Source: Escherichia coli
Lineage (GTDB): Bacteria; Pseudomonadota; Gammaproteobacteria; Enterobacterales; Enterobacteriaceae
Length of the DNA: 50,632 nt
Strand: one strand, 5' to 3'
Assembly: GCF_003334315.1 (NCBI RefSeq)
Contig: NZ_QOWR01000031.1
The notes beneath the pieces were generated by a model. The model worked only from the letters and a program-made list of their open reading frames with translations. It was not told where the DNA came from and did not search any database. The translations under genes were made by a program, and so were the position numbers. Positions 35,719-48,052 of this stretch are shown piece by piece (the stretch's first letter is position 1; each line of letters begins with the position of its first letter).

Positions 35719-36113
35719 GCAACGACACGCCATTTGATGCGTTGTGGCAACGAATGCTGGCGCGCGGCTGGACGCCAGTCAGTGAATCCCGTCTTGACGA
35801 CTGGCTTACGCAAGCGCCAGACGGCGTGGTGTTATTAAGCAGTGACCCGAAACGCACGCCAGAGGTCAGCGATAATCCGGTAATGATTGGCGAATTACTG
35901 CGCGAGTTTCCCGACTATACATGGCAGGTGGCGATTGCTGACCTTGAGCAGAGCGAAGCCATCGGCGATCGCTTTGGCGTCTTTCGCTTTCCTGCCACTT
36001 TAGTGTTTACCGGCGGAAACTATCGCGGCGTGCTGAATGGTATTCACCCGTGGGCGGAACTGATAAACCTGATGCGCGGGCTTGTCGAACCGCAGCAGGA
36101 GCGTGCCTCATGA
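35715..36113 (+). CDS. hyaE: Hydrogenase-1 operon protein HyaE
   Basis: 132 aa, translationally coupled (4-nt overlaps on both sides). Confidence 0.9.
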
Positions 36114-36967
36114 GCGAAACTTTTTTCCATCTGCTGGGGCCAGGAACGCAACCGAACGATGACAGTTTCAGCATGAATCCACTGCCGATCACCTGTCAGG
36201 TGAATGATGAACCGAGTATGGCGGCCCTGGAGCAATGTGCTCACAGCCCGCAGGTGATTGCGCTGTTAAACGAGTTACAACATCAACTAAGCGAACGCCA
36301 ACCGCCGTTGGGCGAGGTGCTGGCAGTCGATCTGTTAAATCTCAACGCCGACGATCGTCACTTTATCAATACGCTTCTCGGGGAAGGGGAAGTGTCAGTG
36401 CGCATTCAGCAGGCTGACGACAGTGAAAGTGAAATACAGGAGGCGATCTTCTGCGGATTATGGCGGGTGCGCAGACGTCGCGGCGAAAAGTTGCTGGAGG
36501 ACAAACTGGAGGCTGGCTGCGCGCCGCTGGCGTTGTGGCAGGCGGCAACGCAAAATCTCTTGCCGACAGATTCGCTGTTACCGCCGCCCATTGATGGCCT
36601 GATGAATGGCCTACCGTTGGCGCATGAGTTACTGGCACATGTACGTAACCCCGACGCGCAGCCGCACAGCATTAATCTGACGCAATTACCCATCAGCGAG
36701 GCTGATCGGCTTTTTCTCTCACGTCTCTGTGGGCCGGGAAATATTCAGATTCGTACCATTGGCTATGGCGAGAGCTATATCAACGCCACGGGGTTACGCC
36801 ATGTCTGGCATTTACGCTGTACGGACACCTTAAAAGGCCCGTTACTGGAAAGTTATGAAATCTGCCCAATACCGGAAGTGGTGCTGGCAGCGCCAGAAGA
36901 TTTGGTCGACTCTGCGCAGCGGCTTAGCGAGGTATGTCAGTGGCTGGCGGAAGCTGCACCGACGTAA
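36110..36967 (+). CDS. hyaF: Hydrogenase-1 operon protein HyaF
   Basis: ATG at 36110 ([30 protein letters not shown]...); 285 aa. Confidence 0.9.
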   Translation: MSETFFHLLGPGTQPNDDSFSMNPLPITCQVNDEPSMAALEQCAHSPQVIALLNELQHQLSERQPPLGEVLAVDLLNLNADDRHFINTLLGEGEVSVRIQQADDSESEIQEAIFCGLWRVRRRRGEKLLEDKLEAGCAPLALWQAATQNLLPTDSLLPPPIDGLMNGLPLAHELLAHVRNPDAQPHSINLTQLPISEADRLFLSRLCGPGNIQIRTIGYGESYINATGLRHVWHLRCTDTLKGPLLESYEICPIPEVVLAAPEDLVDSAQRLSEVCQWLAEAAPT

Positions 36968-37100
36968 AAAGACGGTAAGTATCGCTTTCAGTCTTATGAA
37001 TATCGCAATCGGCGAATACCTCTGGTCGTAGAGTTTCAGGATAAAGAGGGAGATCTACCATTATCGGGTTATTTTTCTCTCTTCGCCTACAGGAGTGCGC

Positions 37101-38645
37101 ATGTGGGATGTCATTGATTTATCGCGCTGGCAGTTTGCTCTGACCGCGCTGTATCACTTTTTATTTGTACCCCTTACCCTGGGGCTGATTTTTTTGCTGG
37201 CTATTATGGAAACCATTTACGTGGTCACCGGCAAAACAATCTACCGCGATATGACGCGCTTCTGGGGTAAGCTCTTCGGTATCAATTTTGCTCTTGGCGT
37301 GGCTACCGGCCTGACCATGGAGTTTCAGTTTGGTACTAACTGGTCATTCTATTCCAACTATGTGGGCGATATTTTTGGCGCACCGCTGGCGATGGAAGCA
37401 TTAATGGCCTTCTTCCTCGAATCCACCTTTGTCGGGCTGTTCTTCTTCGGCTGGCAACGGCTGAATAAATACCAGCACCTGCTGGTGACGTGGCTGGTGG
37501 CGTTCGGTTCAAATCTCTCTGCGTTGTGGATATTGAATGCCAACGGTTGGATGCAATACCCGACCGGTGCGCATTTTGATATCGACACCCTGCGTATGGA
37601 GATGACCAGCTTCAGCGAGCTGGTCTTTAATCCGGTCAGCCAGGTGAAATTTGTGCACACCGTAATGGCGGGCTACGTGACCGGGGCCATGTTTATTATG
37701 GCGATCAGCGCCTGGTATTTACTGCGCGGACGGGAGCGCGATGTCGCATTACGCTCGTTTGCCATCGGTTCCGTCTTCGGTACTCTGGCGATTATCGGTA
37801 CCCTGCAACTCGGAGACAGTTCTGCGTATGAAGTCGCGCAAGTACAACCGGTAAAACTGGCGGCGATGGAAGGGGAGTGGCAAACGGAACCTGCACCTGC
37901 ACCGTTCCATGTGGTTGCCTGGCCGGAACAGGATCAAGAGCGTAACGCCTTTGCCCTCAAAATTCCCGCGCTGCTAGGGATCCTCGCCACTCACTCATTA
38001 GATAAACCCGTGCCGGGTCTGAAGAATTTGATGGCTGAAACCTACCCACGCTTGCAACGCGGACGTATGGCCTGGCTGTTAATGCAGGAAATATCGCAAG
38101 GCAATCGTGAGCCGCATGTGTTGCAGGCATTCCGGGGACTGGAAGGTGACCTGGGCTACGGCATGTTGCTCTCCCGCTATGCGCCGGATATGAATCATGT
38201 CACAGCCGCACAGTACCAGGCGGCGATGCGTGGCGCGATACCTCAGGTTGCGCCGGTATTCTGGAGTTTCCGCATCATGGTGGGCTGTGGTTCCCTGCTG
38301 CTACTGGTGATGCTGATTGCGCTTGTCCAGACGCTGCGTGGCAAAATCGACCAGCATCGCTGGGTGCTGAAAATGGCGCTCTGGAGTTTGCCGTTGCCGT
38401 GGATTGCGATTGAAGCCGGGTGGTTTATGACCGAGTTTGGTCGTCAGCCGTGGGCGATACAGGACATCTTACCGACATACTCCGCGCACTCCGCTTTAAC
38501 CACAGGACAACTGGCTTTCTCACTGATCATGATCGTAGGGCTTTACACCCTGTTCTTAATCGCCGAAGTCTACCTGATGCAGAAATATGCCCGTCTGGGG
38601 CCGAGCGCGATGCAGAGTGAACAACCGACGCAGCAACAGGGGTAA
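37101..38645 (+). CDS. appC: Cytochrome bd-II ubiquinol oxidase subunit I
   Basis: About 514 aa polytopic membrane protein ([28 protein letters not shown]...), CydA homologue. Confidence 0.93.
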
Positions 38646-38656
38646 AGGAGAAAATC

Positions 38657-39793
38657 ATGTTTGATTATGAAACATTGCGCTTCATCTGGTGGCTGCTGAT
38701 TGGCGTGATCCTGGTGGTCTTTATGATCTCCGACGGATTTGACATGGGGATCGGCTGTCTGCTGCCGCTGGTGGCGCGTAATGATGATGAACGCCGGATA
38801 GTGATAAACAGCGTTGGTGCACACTGGGAAGGCAACCAGGTCTGGTTGATCCTCGCTGGTGGGGCATTATTTGCCGCCTGGCCCAGAGTGTATGCAGCGG
38901 CGTTTTCCGGCTTTTATGTGGCGATGATCCTGGTGCTGTGCTCACTGTTCTTCCGCCCGCTGGCCTTTGATTATCGCGGAAAAATCGCCGATGCACGCTG
39001 GCGTAAAATGTGGGACGCCGGTCTGGTCATCGGCAGTCTGGTGCCGCCGGTAGTCTTCGGTATCGCCTTCGGCAACTTGTTGCTCGGCGTGCCGTTTGCC
39101 TTCACACCGCAATTACGCGTGGAGTATCTCGGCAGCTTCTGGCAACTGCTGACGCCATTCCCTTTATTGTGCGGATTGCTCAGCCTTGGGATGGTGATTT
39201 TGCAAGGTGGCGTCTGGTTACAACTGAAAACTGTTGGTGTGATTCATCTGCGTTCACAGCTGGCGACCAAACGCGCTGCACTGTTGGTGATGCTGTGCTT
39301 TTTGCTGGCGGGTTACTGGCTGTGGGTCGGTATTGATGGCTTTGTACTGCTCGCCCAGGATGCTAACGGTCCTTCCAATCCGTTAATGAAACTGGTGGCA
39401 GTGCTACCTGGTGCCTGGATGAATAATTTTGTCGAGTCGCCCGTTTTGTGGATCTTCCCGCTGCTGGGATTCTTCTGCCCATTGCTGACGGTGATGGCGA
39501 TTTATCGTGGTCGCCCGGGTTGGGGATTTTTGATGGCATCATTGATGCAATTTGGCGTGATTTTCACGGCAGGCATCACGCTGTTCCCCTTTGTCATGCC
39601 GTCAAGCGTGAGTCCGATCTCCAGCCTGACGTTGTGGGACAGTACTTCCAGTCAGCTGACGCTGAGCATTATGTTGGTAATCGTGCTGATATTTTTGCCC
39701 ATTGTGTTGCTCTACACTCTCTGGAGCTACTACAAAATGTGGGGGCGCATGACAACAGAAACTCTCCGCCGTAACGAAAACGAGTTGTACTAA
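38657..39793 (+). CDS. appB: Cytochrome bd-II ubiquinol oxidase subunit II
   Basis: 378 aa, CydB homologue immediately after appC. Confidence 0.93.
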
Positions 39794-39805
39794 GGAGCAG
39801 AAACA

Positions 39806-39898
39806 ATGTGGTATTTACTTTGGTTCGTCGGCATTTTGTTGATGTGTTCGCTCTCCACCCTTGTGTTGGTATGGCTGGACCCGCGTCTGAAAAGTTAA
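39806..39898 (+). CDS. appX: Cytochrome bd-II small subunit AppX (30 aa)
   Basis: ATG at 39806 behind SD AAGGAG; translates as MWYLLWFVGILLMCSLSTLVLVWLDPRLKS, a single-TM CydX-like peptide. Below the track size cutoff. Confidence 0.85.
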   Translation: MWYLLWFVGILLMCSLSTLVLVWLDPRLKS

Positions 39899-39903
39899 CG
39901 AAC

Positions 39904-39939
39904 GTAGGCCTGATGCGGCGCATTAGCATCGCATCAGGC
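39904..39939. repeat. REP-like palindromic element between appX and appA
   Basis: GTAGGCCTGATGCGGCGC...GCATCGCATCAGGC: GCCTGATGCG / CGCATCAGGC arms typical of REP sequences. Confidence 0.7.
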
Positions 39940-39977
39940 AATCAATAATGTCAGATATGAAAAGCGGAAACATATCG

Positions 39978-41276
39978 ATGAAAGCGATCTTAATCCCATT
40001 TTTATCTCTTCTGATTCCGTTAACCCCGCAATCTGCATTCGCTCAGAGTGAGCCGGAGCTGAAGCTGGAAAGTGTGGTGATTGTCAGTCGTCATGGTGTG
40101 CGTGCTCCAACCAAGGCCACGCAACTGATGCAGGATGTCACCCCAGACGCATGGCCAACCTGGCCGGTAAAACTGGGTTGGCTGACACCGCGCGGTGGTG
40201 AGCTAATCGCCTATCTCGGACATTACCAACGCCAGCGTCTGGTAGCCGACGGATTGCTGGCGAAAAAGGGCTGCCCGCAGTCTGGTCAGGTCGCGATTAT
40301 TGCTGATGTCGACGAGCGTACCCGTAAAACAGGCGAAGCCTTCGCCGCCGGGCTGGCACCTGACTGTGCAATAACCGTACATACCCAGGCAGATACGTCC
40401 AGTCCCGATCCGTTATTTAATCCTCTAAAAACTGGCGTTTGCCAACTGGATAACGCGAACGTGACTGACGCGATCCTCAGCAGGGCAGGAGGGTCAATTG
40501 CTGACTTTACCGGGCATCGGCAAACGGCGTTTCGCGAACTGGAACGGGTGCTTAATTTTCCGCAATCAAACTTGTGCCTTAAACGTGAGAAACAGGACGA
40601 AAGCTGTTCATTAACGCAGGCATTACCATCGGAACTCAAGGTGAGCGCCGACAATGTCTCATTAACCGGTGCGGTAAGCCTCGCATCAATGCTGACGGAG
40701 ATATTTCTCCTGCAACAAGCACAGGGAATGCCGGAGCCGGGGTGGGGAAGGATCACCGATTCACACCAGTGGAACACCTTGCTAAGTTTGCATAACGCGC
40801 AATTTTATTTGCTACAACGCACGCCAGAGGTTGCCCGCAGCCGCGCCACCCCGTTATTAGATTTGATCAAGACAGCGTTGACGCCCCATCCACCGCAAAA
40901 ACAGGCGTATGGTGTGACATTACCCACTTCAGTGCTGTTTATCGCCGGACACGATACTAATCTGGCAAATCTCGGCGGCGCACTGGAGCTCAACTGGACG
41001 CTTCCCGGTCAGCCGGATAACACGCCGCCAGGTGGTGAACTGGTGTTTGAACGCTGGCGTCGGCTAAGCGATAACAGCCAGTGGATTCAGGTTTCGCTGG
41101 TCTTCCAGACTTTACAGCAGATGCGTGATAAAACGCCGCTGTCATTAAATACGCCGCCCGGAGAGGTGAAACTGACCCTGGCAGGATGTGAAGAGCGAAA
41201 TGCGCAGGGCATGTGTTCGTTGGCAGGTTTTACGCAAATCGTGAATGAAGCACGCATACCGGCGTGCAGTTTGTAA
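39978..41276 (+). CDS. appA: Periplasmic phytase / acid phosphatase (histidine acid phosphatase family)
   Basis: ATG at 39978 (MKAILIPFLSLLIPLTPQSAFA signal peptide); active-site motif RHGVRAP; 432 aa. Confidence 0.95.
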   Translation: MKAILIPFLSLLIPLTPQSAFAQSEPELKLESVVIVSRHGVRAPTKATQLMQDVTPDAWPTWPVKLGWLTPRGGELIAYLGHYQRQRLVADGLLAKKGCPQSGQVAIIADVDERTRKTGEAFAAGLAPDCAITVHTQADTSSPDPLFNPLKTGVCQLDNANVTDAILSRAGGSIADFTGHRQTAFRELERVLNFPQSNLCLKREKQDESCSLTQALPSELKVSADNVSLTGAVSLASMLTEIFLLQQAQGMPEPGWGRITDSHQWNTLLSLHNAQFYLLQRTPEVARSRATPLLDLIKTALTPHPPQKQAYGVTLPTSVLFIAGHDTNLANLGGALELNWTLPGQPDNTPPGGELVFERWRRLSDNSQWIQVSLVFQTLQQMRDKTPLSLNTPPGEVKLTLAGCEERNAQGMCSLAGFTQIVNEARIPACSL

Positions 41277-41287
41277 TGCATAAAAAA

Positions 41288-41312
41288 GAGCATTCAGTTA
41301 CCTGAATGCTCT
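41288..41312. terminator. Hairpin terminator between convergent appA and etk
   Basis: AGAGCATTCAG-TTACC-CTGAATGCTCT hairpin preceded by an A6 run (a U-run when read on the minus strand). Confidence 0.6.
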
Positions 41313-41344
41313 GAGGCTGATGACAAACGAAGAACTGTCTAATG

Positions 41345-41381
41345 CGTAGACCGGAAAAGGCGTTCACGCCGCATCCGGCCA
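41345..41381. repeat. REP element
   Basis: Minus strand reads GGCCGGATGCGGCGTGAACGCCTTTTCCGG, a canonical REP core. Confidence 0.75.
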
Positions 41382-41390
41382 CTTTCAGTT

Positions 41391-43571
41391 TTACTCTTTC
41401 TCGGAGTAACTATAACCGTAATAGTTATAGCCGTAACTGTAAGCGGTGCTGGCGCGTTTAATCACACCATTGAGGATAGCGCCTTTAATATTGACGCCTG
41501 CCTGTTCCAGACGCTGCATTGACAAACTCACCTCTTTGGCGGTGTTCAAGCCAAAACGCGCAACCAGCAGGCTGGTGCCAACAGAACGCCCCACGACCGC
41601 GGCATCACTCACCGCCAGCATCGGCGGCGTATCGACAATCACCAGATCGTAATGGTCGTTCGCCCATTCCAGTAATTGACGCATCCGATCGCGCATCAGC
41701 AGTTCAGACGGGTTAGGTGGCACCTGACCGCGAGTAATCACATCAAAGCCTCCTTTGCCAAAATGCTGGATCACTTTGTTGAGCTCATCTTTACCTGCCA
41801 GATATTCCGACAAGCCATGTTCATTACTCACGGTAAACAGGTTATGCGAATAACCACGGCGTAAGTCGGCATCAATAAATAACACTTTTTGATCGGACTG
41901 GGCGATCACCGCTGCCAGAGTTGAACTGACAAACGTTTTACCACCGTCTGGCGTCGCACCGGTGATCATCAGAATGTTATTCTCCGTCTCCATCATAGCG
42001 AAATGCAGACTGGTTCGTAGCGCACGTACGGCTTCCACAGCAGAATCCGCCGGGTTATCCACCGCCAGGAAGGGGATATTTTTAGTACGATGGCGCTGCT
42101 GATTAGAAAATAAATTTTTCTTACGCAGACGGGTGCGTTTATCCAGCCACTCGGACATTGGGATAGTGGCATAAACGCTGATGCCGTGCTCTTCCAGTTG
42201 TTCCGGTGCTTCTACACCACGACGCAACATCGCACGCGCCAGCACGGCACCCACCGAAATAAACAGGCCAAGAATAAAACCAAGCACCACGTTCAACGCT
42301 TTTTTCGGTTTCACTGGCTGCGGCTGAGTGACTGCCGGGTCGATAATCCGCACGTTACCAATGGCACTGGATTTCGAAATACTCAACTCCTGCTGGCGGT
42401 TAAGTAATTGCAGATATACCGCACGGCCCGCTTCTACGTCACGACTTAAACGCAACACTTCCTGTTGGGTGGAAGGCATAGCCGATACCCGCTTATTCAG
42501 GCGTTTGCGTTCTTGCTCCAGCGTCTGGCGTTTTTCCAGCAGCGCACGATAAGTTGGGTGATCTTTCTTATACAGCTGGGAGATCTCTGCCTCGCGGAAG
42601 GTCAGCTCATTGAGTTGATTATCAACGTTAACAATCTGCTCAAGAACGGCTTTGGCTTCCAGGTTAAGGTCAACCGAATCGCGCTGCTGGCGATAAACGT
42701 TGAGTTTTTCTTCCGCCTGGTCCAGCTCGCTGCGCACTTCAGGCAGCTGGCGCTGTAAGAATTCAAGGCTTTGTGAATCCTGCGCCGCCTGGCGAGCGAT
42801 ATTCTGTTGCAAATAGTTGTTAGCGATGCTGTTCAGAATACGAGTAATCAACTGGGGATCATCACCCGTCATGGTAAGTTCCAGCATCCCGCTTTCTTTA
42901 CTGCGTTCGCTAACGGTAAAGGTTTCCTGCAACGCGTTAATCGCTTCCAGTTCGGTACGCTGGCTCAGGACAAACTGTGTTCCTGGTTTGGCCTTAATAT
43001 CCGCGATAGTCAGCGCAACGCCATCTTTTTCCAGACGCTGGCCGACCATACCATTGACGGTGAACTCTTCACCTTCCAGCGTATAGTGGCCGTTTTCCCC
43101 AACCGTGAGTGTCAGTTGCTGATCCTGACCATTCAGTTGTGGAATATGCATCCAGCTGATCGCCAGCTCACCTGGTTTTTCTTTGGTTAATCTCGCCCAG
43201 CCGCGACCCACAATCGGAAAATACTTCTGCTCAACCATGTCGCGCAGATTCAGTTCAGCAATGGTTTTACCGAGAATCATGCGCGATTGCAGCAGTTGGA
43301 TCTCCGGTGCAGATTCGGGCGATGAGTTAGGGATCATATCGCTCAGGCCGCTGAGAATGGCGTTGCCCTGTTTCTGCTCAACCTGGACCAGAGTATCTGC
43401 CTGATAAATTGGTGTGCTTAACAGCGAGTAAGCGACAGCGATCAGCGTGAATAACGCGGTCACGCTGATAATAAACTTACGGTGATCCCATAACTCGCCG
43501 ACCAGACGAAGCAGATCGATCTCATTTTCCTGAGTGCTGCCTGGTGGCGTATTCATATTTTTAGTTGTCAT
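41391..43571 (-). CDS. etk: BY-kinase (tyrosine autokinase) Etk, Wzc paralogue
   Basis: 726 aa; N-terminal TM/periplasmic/coiled-coil region, cytoplasmic Walker A-like P-loop (GATPDGGKT) and C-terminal tyrosine cluster (YSYGYNYYGYSY). Confidence 0.93.
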   Translation of the reverse strand: MTTKNMNTPPGSTQENEIDLLRLVGELWDHRKFIISVTALFTLIAVAYSLLSTPIYQADTLVQVEQKQGNAILSGLSDMIPNSSPESAPEIQLLQSRMILGKTIAELNLRDMVEQKYFPIVGRGWARLTKEKPGELAISWMHIPQLNGQDQQLTLTVGENGHYTLEGEEFTVNGMVGQRLEKDGVALTIADIKAKPGTQFVLSQRTELEAINALQETFTVSERSKESGMLELTMTGDDPQLITRILNSIANNYLQQNIARQAAQDSQSLEFLQRQLPEVRSELDQAEEKLNVYRQQRDSVDLNLEAKAVLEQIVNVDNQLNELTFREAEISQLYKKDHPTYRALLEKRQTLEQERKRLNKRVSAMPSTQQEVLRLSRDVEAGRAVYLQLLNRQQELSISKSSAIGNVRIIDPAVTQPQPVKPKKALNVVLGFILGLFISVGAVLARAMLRRGVEAPEQLEEHGISVYATIPMSEWLDKRTRLRKKNLFSNQQRHRTKNIPFLAVDNPADSAVEAVRALRTSLHFAMMETENNILMITGATPDGGKTFVSSTLAAVIAQSDQKVLFIDADLRRGYSHNLFTVSNEHGLSEYLAGKDELNKVIQHFGKGGFDVITRGQVPPNPSELLMRDRMRQLLEWANDHYDLVIVDTPPMLAVSDAAVVGRSVGTSLLVARFGLNTAKEVSLSMQRLEQAGVNIKGAILNGVIKRASTAYSYGYNYYGYSYSEKE

Positions 43572-43590
43572 CGTATTTTATAAACTCAAA

Positions 43591-44037
43591 TTACCGGCTG
43601 AGGCGCTTCGCCCATTCCTGACTGGCGCGCTCCAACATACCGTAGACATGTTCAAATGCGTCCTGACTTTTACGATAGGGATCCGGGATCTCTTTCTGTT
43701 CCAGCCATTGCCCAAACAGCATTGTCTTCCCGCGGACCTCGGGAGCGATTGCGGTAACCTGAGCAATATGTTCCGACTCCATTGCCAGAATCAGATCGTA
43801 ATTTCGTGCCATCTCAGCAGTGAGCTTACGTCCGGCATGTCCTTCAAGAGATACGCCATGATTAGCGGCAACATCTGCCGCTGTCGCATCTGCAGGGTGT
43901 TTTACCAGACCATGAACACCTGCCGAATTGACTTTTACGCCCGGCAGACGTTTACGCAGCAAGCGCTCGCCAATGGGCGAACGGCAAATGTTGCCGGTAC
44001 AAACCACCAGGATTGAGTTAAATTTTAGTTGGGCCAT
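43591..44037 (-). CDS. etp: Low-molecular-weight protein-tyrosine phosphatase Etp
   Basis: Track ORF trimmed to the ATG at 44037 ([21 protein letters not shown]...): CX5R LMW-PTP active-site loop; 148 aa. Confidence 0.9.
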
Positions 44038-45164
44038 GTTTGAATCCACCGTGAAGTCTCTGTCAGGTCATGCACCCCGGAAATCGTCGGTACCAGCAGA
44101 GAAATCACACGGTTCCAACGAGCCAGCGGCGCGGTAGTGACATAAACAATGTCGTAAGGTTCAAGCTGGAATTCCGTTCCGAGTATCATTGCCGATGCGT
44201 CCTTCGCATTCAGCTGATAAATATTGGCGATTTTGCCATTCTGCTTGTTTTGCGTTGCACGAATAACAAAAATCCCCGTCGCATCAGCGACATCCTGATT
44301 CATACCCTCAGCGTTACCCAGCGCTTCCGCCAGGGTCATACCGCTGCGGTCCATTTTCAGCGTGCTCTGTTTACCCACTTCACCCATCACGAAGACTTTC
44401 AGATCATCGTTGCGCGGAATAAATAAAATATCGCCCGGGTGCAGCAGTTTGTTCTGGCGCAAGTCGCCACGCTGCATCAGCGCATAGAGGTTCACTTTGG
44501 TCTTTACGCCATTCTGGGTGAGCACCACGTTGCGCCAGTCTGCATCTGCGGTCAGACCGCCCGCGGCGTTAATCGCATCCATGATGGTCAGAGGAATATT
44601 GGTAATCGGCTGCTGACCCGATTTGCTGACTTCGCCGGTGACGTACGCTTTTTGCGAGCGGAACGCCGCGACGCTGACATCGACTTGCGGGCTTTCAATG
44701 ACTGAATCCAGACGCGCTGTAATCTCGTTGCGTACCTGGGTAAGTGTTTTCCCGGCCACTTTCAGGCGACCAATATAGGGGTAGAAAATCGCACCATCGG
44801 CGTTAACCCAGTTGCCGGTATCACTGGCGCTACGGTATTGCCCTGCGGGGGTGGTTAGTTCCGGGTGATCCCAGACCGTAACCATCAACACATCACCAAT
44901 GCCGATACGATATTCATAGTTCGCGATTTGCTGCTCCAGCTCCGGGTTAGCCTGCGACATAATCGGTTTGGCGCGCAGCTGATCAATCAATCCTGGCGTG
45001 ACGGGATAGATATTGACCATTTTGTCCAGGTCATACTGATTGTCAGGTAGTTCAATGACATCCTTGTTACTGGTCGATAAATTCTGACCAGGAACAAGGG
45101 TACATGCTGTCAAAGACAGAACAGCCAATGTCAGTACCGAAAACTTAAAAATGTTCTTTTTCAT
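44025..45164 (-). CDS. gfcE: Wza-like outer-membrane polysaccharide export lipoprotein GfcE
   Basis: Track ORF trimmed to the ATG at 45164 ([23 protein letters not shown]... lipobox LTAC); 379 aa; overlaps the etp start by 13 nt. Confidence 0.9.
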
Positions 45165-45209
45165 TGGTTTATATTTATCAGTCAATGTAATGTTATGAAT
45201 TACGTCAGG

Positions 45210-47306
45210 TTATTGTCCAACCGGTACTTCTCGCTCTGCCGTCATTGGATAGAGCTGGTATTTGCGTGACAGCATTTGTCCACCATCACGCGTCAATGGT
45301 GTCCACGAAACCACCGCGCGGTTGCGGTTAGGTCCAATGGTCATCAAGTCGAACGGAATCGAGATATAAAAACCTTTACTAAAGCCGCCTTCGCCGTAGT
45401 CATCTTTAGATACGTTACTGATTGCCGCCCATACCCCTACCGCCACGCCGCTGTCAAAGCGTTTGGCGACATCGATCGTTGCGCCTTTATCTTTTGCCAG
45501 ATATTGCCCAACGCTAAGTTTCATCAGTATGCCATTGAGCGTCGGCGGGTTCCAGTAAGCCGTCACGAAACCAGTTGGCGTGGAATAATCGGTGAAGCGC
45601 ATCATGTTGTCCCAGTCACGCTGCTTCACGTAGTTAACGTCCACACCCAGCGCCCAGCTGGCATCTAGCGGGCGATAAAGCAGCTCGGAACCGACACCGG
45701 CATACATCGTTTCCAGATAACCGCCATACACCTGGCCATAGAAACCATTGCCTAAGTCGGCAAAGTAGTTCGCCTGCAAGTTGTTGAGATAAACGTCATT
45801 GCGAACGTAATCACGGATATGCGTGCGCACGCGGGGCAGGGTAGAGTCCGCGGGTAATAGCGAAGACTTAAACTTGTCGTAGTTATTGTAAATATTGGTG
45901 AAAATACCGCCATCAAGCAGCAGGTGGTCAGTAAACCAGTAGCGGGCGCTGGACATCAGCCCCAACTGGAACATATAGAAATCTTCCGGGCCGCCCAGCG
46001 ATTGTGAAAGTGTTGGGTTGAAAGAGTAGCTAAAGCGATCTTCACGAATACGGTAGCCCCGACCAAAGGCAGAAAGATCTTCTGCTTCAACACGTTGTTG
46101 TTGCAGTTGCTCTGATTTACCAGGCGCTGTACCAGCCAGCTTTTTGCGCAGGCTGGCTACGTCGGTTTCGGTAGTCACCATCGCCATATGCTCGCGCTTT
46201 TGCGTCACGCTAATCTTCTCAACGCCTTGCGGCAGGTTATTCACCAGAATCCGGTTGGCACGATCGACCGCTTCACGAGAGTCACGGTATTTGTATTGCT
46301 GACCAGACATATACAGTGTCTTATCGCGTAGCTGAATTTCTGGCGCGTCAAAGCCCGCGTTATACTTCAGGGCGGTAAGTTGGTTTGCTACCGTGGTGTA
46401 CTGCAATCCTTCAGATTCAGGCGCAGGTTGATATGCCGGTTTTGGCGTATCGCGCAGGGCAGGGCGCAGATCGTTGAAATTGGTCCGTAACGTGAAGCCA
46501 AACATCAACGTGTTACCGCGTTCATAACTCAGGTTGAGATCTGCCCAGCTGGCAGCGCGATAAACTGCGCCGACGTTGAAATGGCTTGCCTGAGGCAGTT
46601 TGCCAGCGAAATCATTCTGGTAATTGTTTCCATCGTATTCGAGTTTCAGACGCAGGGGATTCCACGGCGTTTGATACTCAATGCCGCCAAAGATGGAGGC
46701 TGGGCCACGAAAGATATCGCTAAAGCTGATATCGCCCGCATCGTGAGACTCTGCGCGATGACAATATTTATCGCTCACCCGGCAAAACGGGTTGGTAATA
46801 TTGCCCGCATTACCGGCGTAGCCCCATGCCATCCCGAGGGTGAAATCAAATGGCCCCGCTTGCTTGCTGGCCACCAGATACTCACTGTCAAACCGACCCG
46901 TACCAGCAATATCACGTTTACCAAACGCCACTTGCGGTAGCCAGTAACCTTCTTCCCACAGGCGAAGTTTAAAATCGAATGATTTGTCTTTGTATGACTG
47001 ATCGCCGCTGAAATCTTCCCACTGGCTATATTTGCGTGTGCGCACATCCGTATAACGAATGGTGCCTTCCAGCCATGGGAACAGCGCCACGGAGGTGGAG
47101 TAGAACCGGTATTGATCGTTATCCCGGTAGTTGACGCTGAATTCACCTTCCGGTGCGATGCGCGCATTTGGCATCTGCAACAATCCTGTGCCGCCAAAGT
47201 CCGATTGCGACGAACCCTGCGGATCCGGGTAGGTTAATACTTCAGCATGACAGGCACTGGAGACGGCAATGGCCAGGCAGCTTAAAAGATATGAATTCTT
47301 CTTCAT
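45210..47306 (-). CDS. gfcD: Outer-membrane beta-barrel protein GfcD (YmcA, YjbH family)
   Basis: 698 aa with signal peptide; sequence and position match gfcD. Confidence 0.9.
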   Translation of the reverse strand: MKKNSYLLSCLAIAVSSACHAEVLTYPDPQGSSQSDFGGTGLLQMPNARIAPEGEFSVNYRDNDQYRFYSTSVALFPWLEGTIRYTDVRTRKYSQWEDFSGDQSYKDKSFDFKLRLWEEGYWLPQVAFGKRDIAGTGRFDSEYLVASKQAGPFDFTLGMAWGYAGNAGNITNPFCRVSDKYCHRAESHDAGDISFSDIFRGPASIFGGIEYQTPWNPLRLKLEYDGNNYQNDFAGKLPQASHFNVGAVYRAASWADLNLSYERGNTLMFGFTLRTNFNDLRPALRDTPKPAYQPAPESEGLQYTTVANQLTALKYNAGFDAPEIQLRDKTLYMSGQQYKYRDSREAVDRANRILVNNLPQGVEKISVTQKREHMAMVTTETDVASLRKKLAGTAPGKSEQLQQQRVEAEDLSAFGRGYRIREDRFSYSFNPTLSQSLGGPEDFYMFQLGLMSSARYWFTDHLLLDGGIFTNIYNNYDKFKSSLLPADSTLPRVRTHIRDYVRNDVYLNNLQANYFADLGNGFYGQVYGGYLETMYAGVGSELLYRPLDASWALGVDVNYVKQRDWDNMMRFTDYSTPTGFVTAYWNPPTLNGILMKLSVGQYLAKDKGATIDVAKRFDSGVAVGVWAAISNVSKDDYGEGGFSKGFYISIPFDLMTIGPNRNRAVVSWTPLTRDGGQMLSRKYQLYPMTAEREVPVGQ

Positions 47307-48052
47307 CAGTCAGGAACACGTTGCGTTAAAACAGACACAATCTGGTCATTTAAATCAGCATATTTTTCGGGCAGTACATGCGCAGAAAAGCCCAACCAAA
47401 GCTGGCTGCCAGGCGGTGGTTCCACATGTCTTTTATTCCACAGGGCAACAGGGGCGACGACAGTCTCACCCTCAGGCGTAATCACCATAACGTTATTCTT
47501 GTCCGCGCCTGCAAGACGGGGGCGATCTTGCAGATAATCGGTAACGCTACGGCCTGCCTGCCAGGGCAATTGCCCAGCCCCAGAAACCGCACCCAGCAGA
47601 GTAATAGTCACCGGACGCTGTACGGTATAGAGCGTATAGTCCCCGACCAGCGGGGGATTGCTGTTCTCATCCACTCGTACAAAATCAGGGTCCAGTTTGA
47701 CCGGTAAGCGACCAGTGATATTGAGATTGAGTAACTGCTGGCGCACGGATTTAATCGTTGCCACCACATCGTCGTCAGCTTCTGCTTCCCAGGAAGCAAG
47801 CTGTGCCATGACATGTTGGTAGTCTTTAAGCGCTTTAGCTTTCGCCGCAGAGTCGGTCAGCAAGGCACCAGGCCACCAGAGGCGATCGCGCAGTTGCGGT
47901 TGTGTCACCAACTGGACAACATTTTCCACGGGGCCAACGGAAAGTGTCTGTTGTTCGCCAGGCAGATAAATAGTCACCGTTCCTTGCGCAAAGGCATGGT
48001 GTGTCATTACGTAAAGTACGCTGGCAATGAAATACGACTGTAATTTATTCAT
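47306..48052 (-). CDS. gfcC: Periplasmic protein GfcC (YmcB)
   Basis: 248 aa with signal peptide; stop overlaps the gfcD start by 1 nt (TGATG). Confidence 0.88.
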   Translation of the reverse strand: MNKLQSYFIASVLYVMTHHAFAQGTVTIYLPGEQQTLSVGPVENVVQLVTQPQLRDRLWWPGALLTDSAAKAKALKDYQHVMAQLASWEAEADDDVVATIKSVRQQLLNLNITGRLPVKLDPDFVRVDENSNPPLVGDYTLYTVQRPVTITLLGAVSGAGQLPWQAGRSVTDYLQDRPRLAGADKNNVMVITPEGETVVAPVALWNKRHVEPPPGSQLWLGFSAHVLPEKYADLNDQIVSVLTQRVPD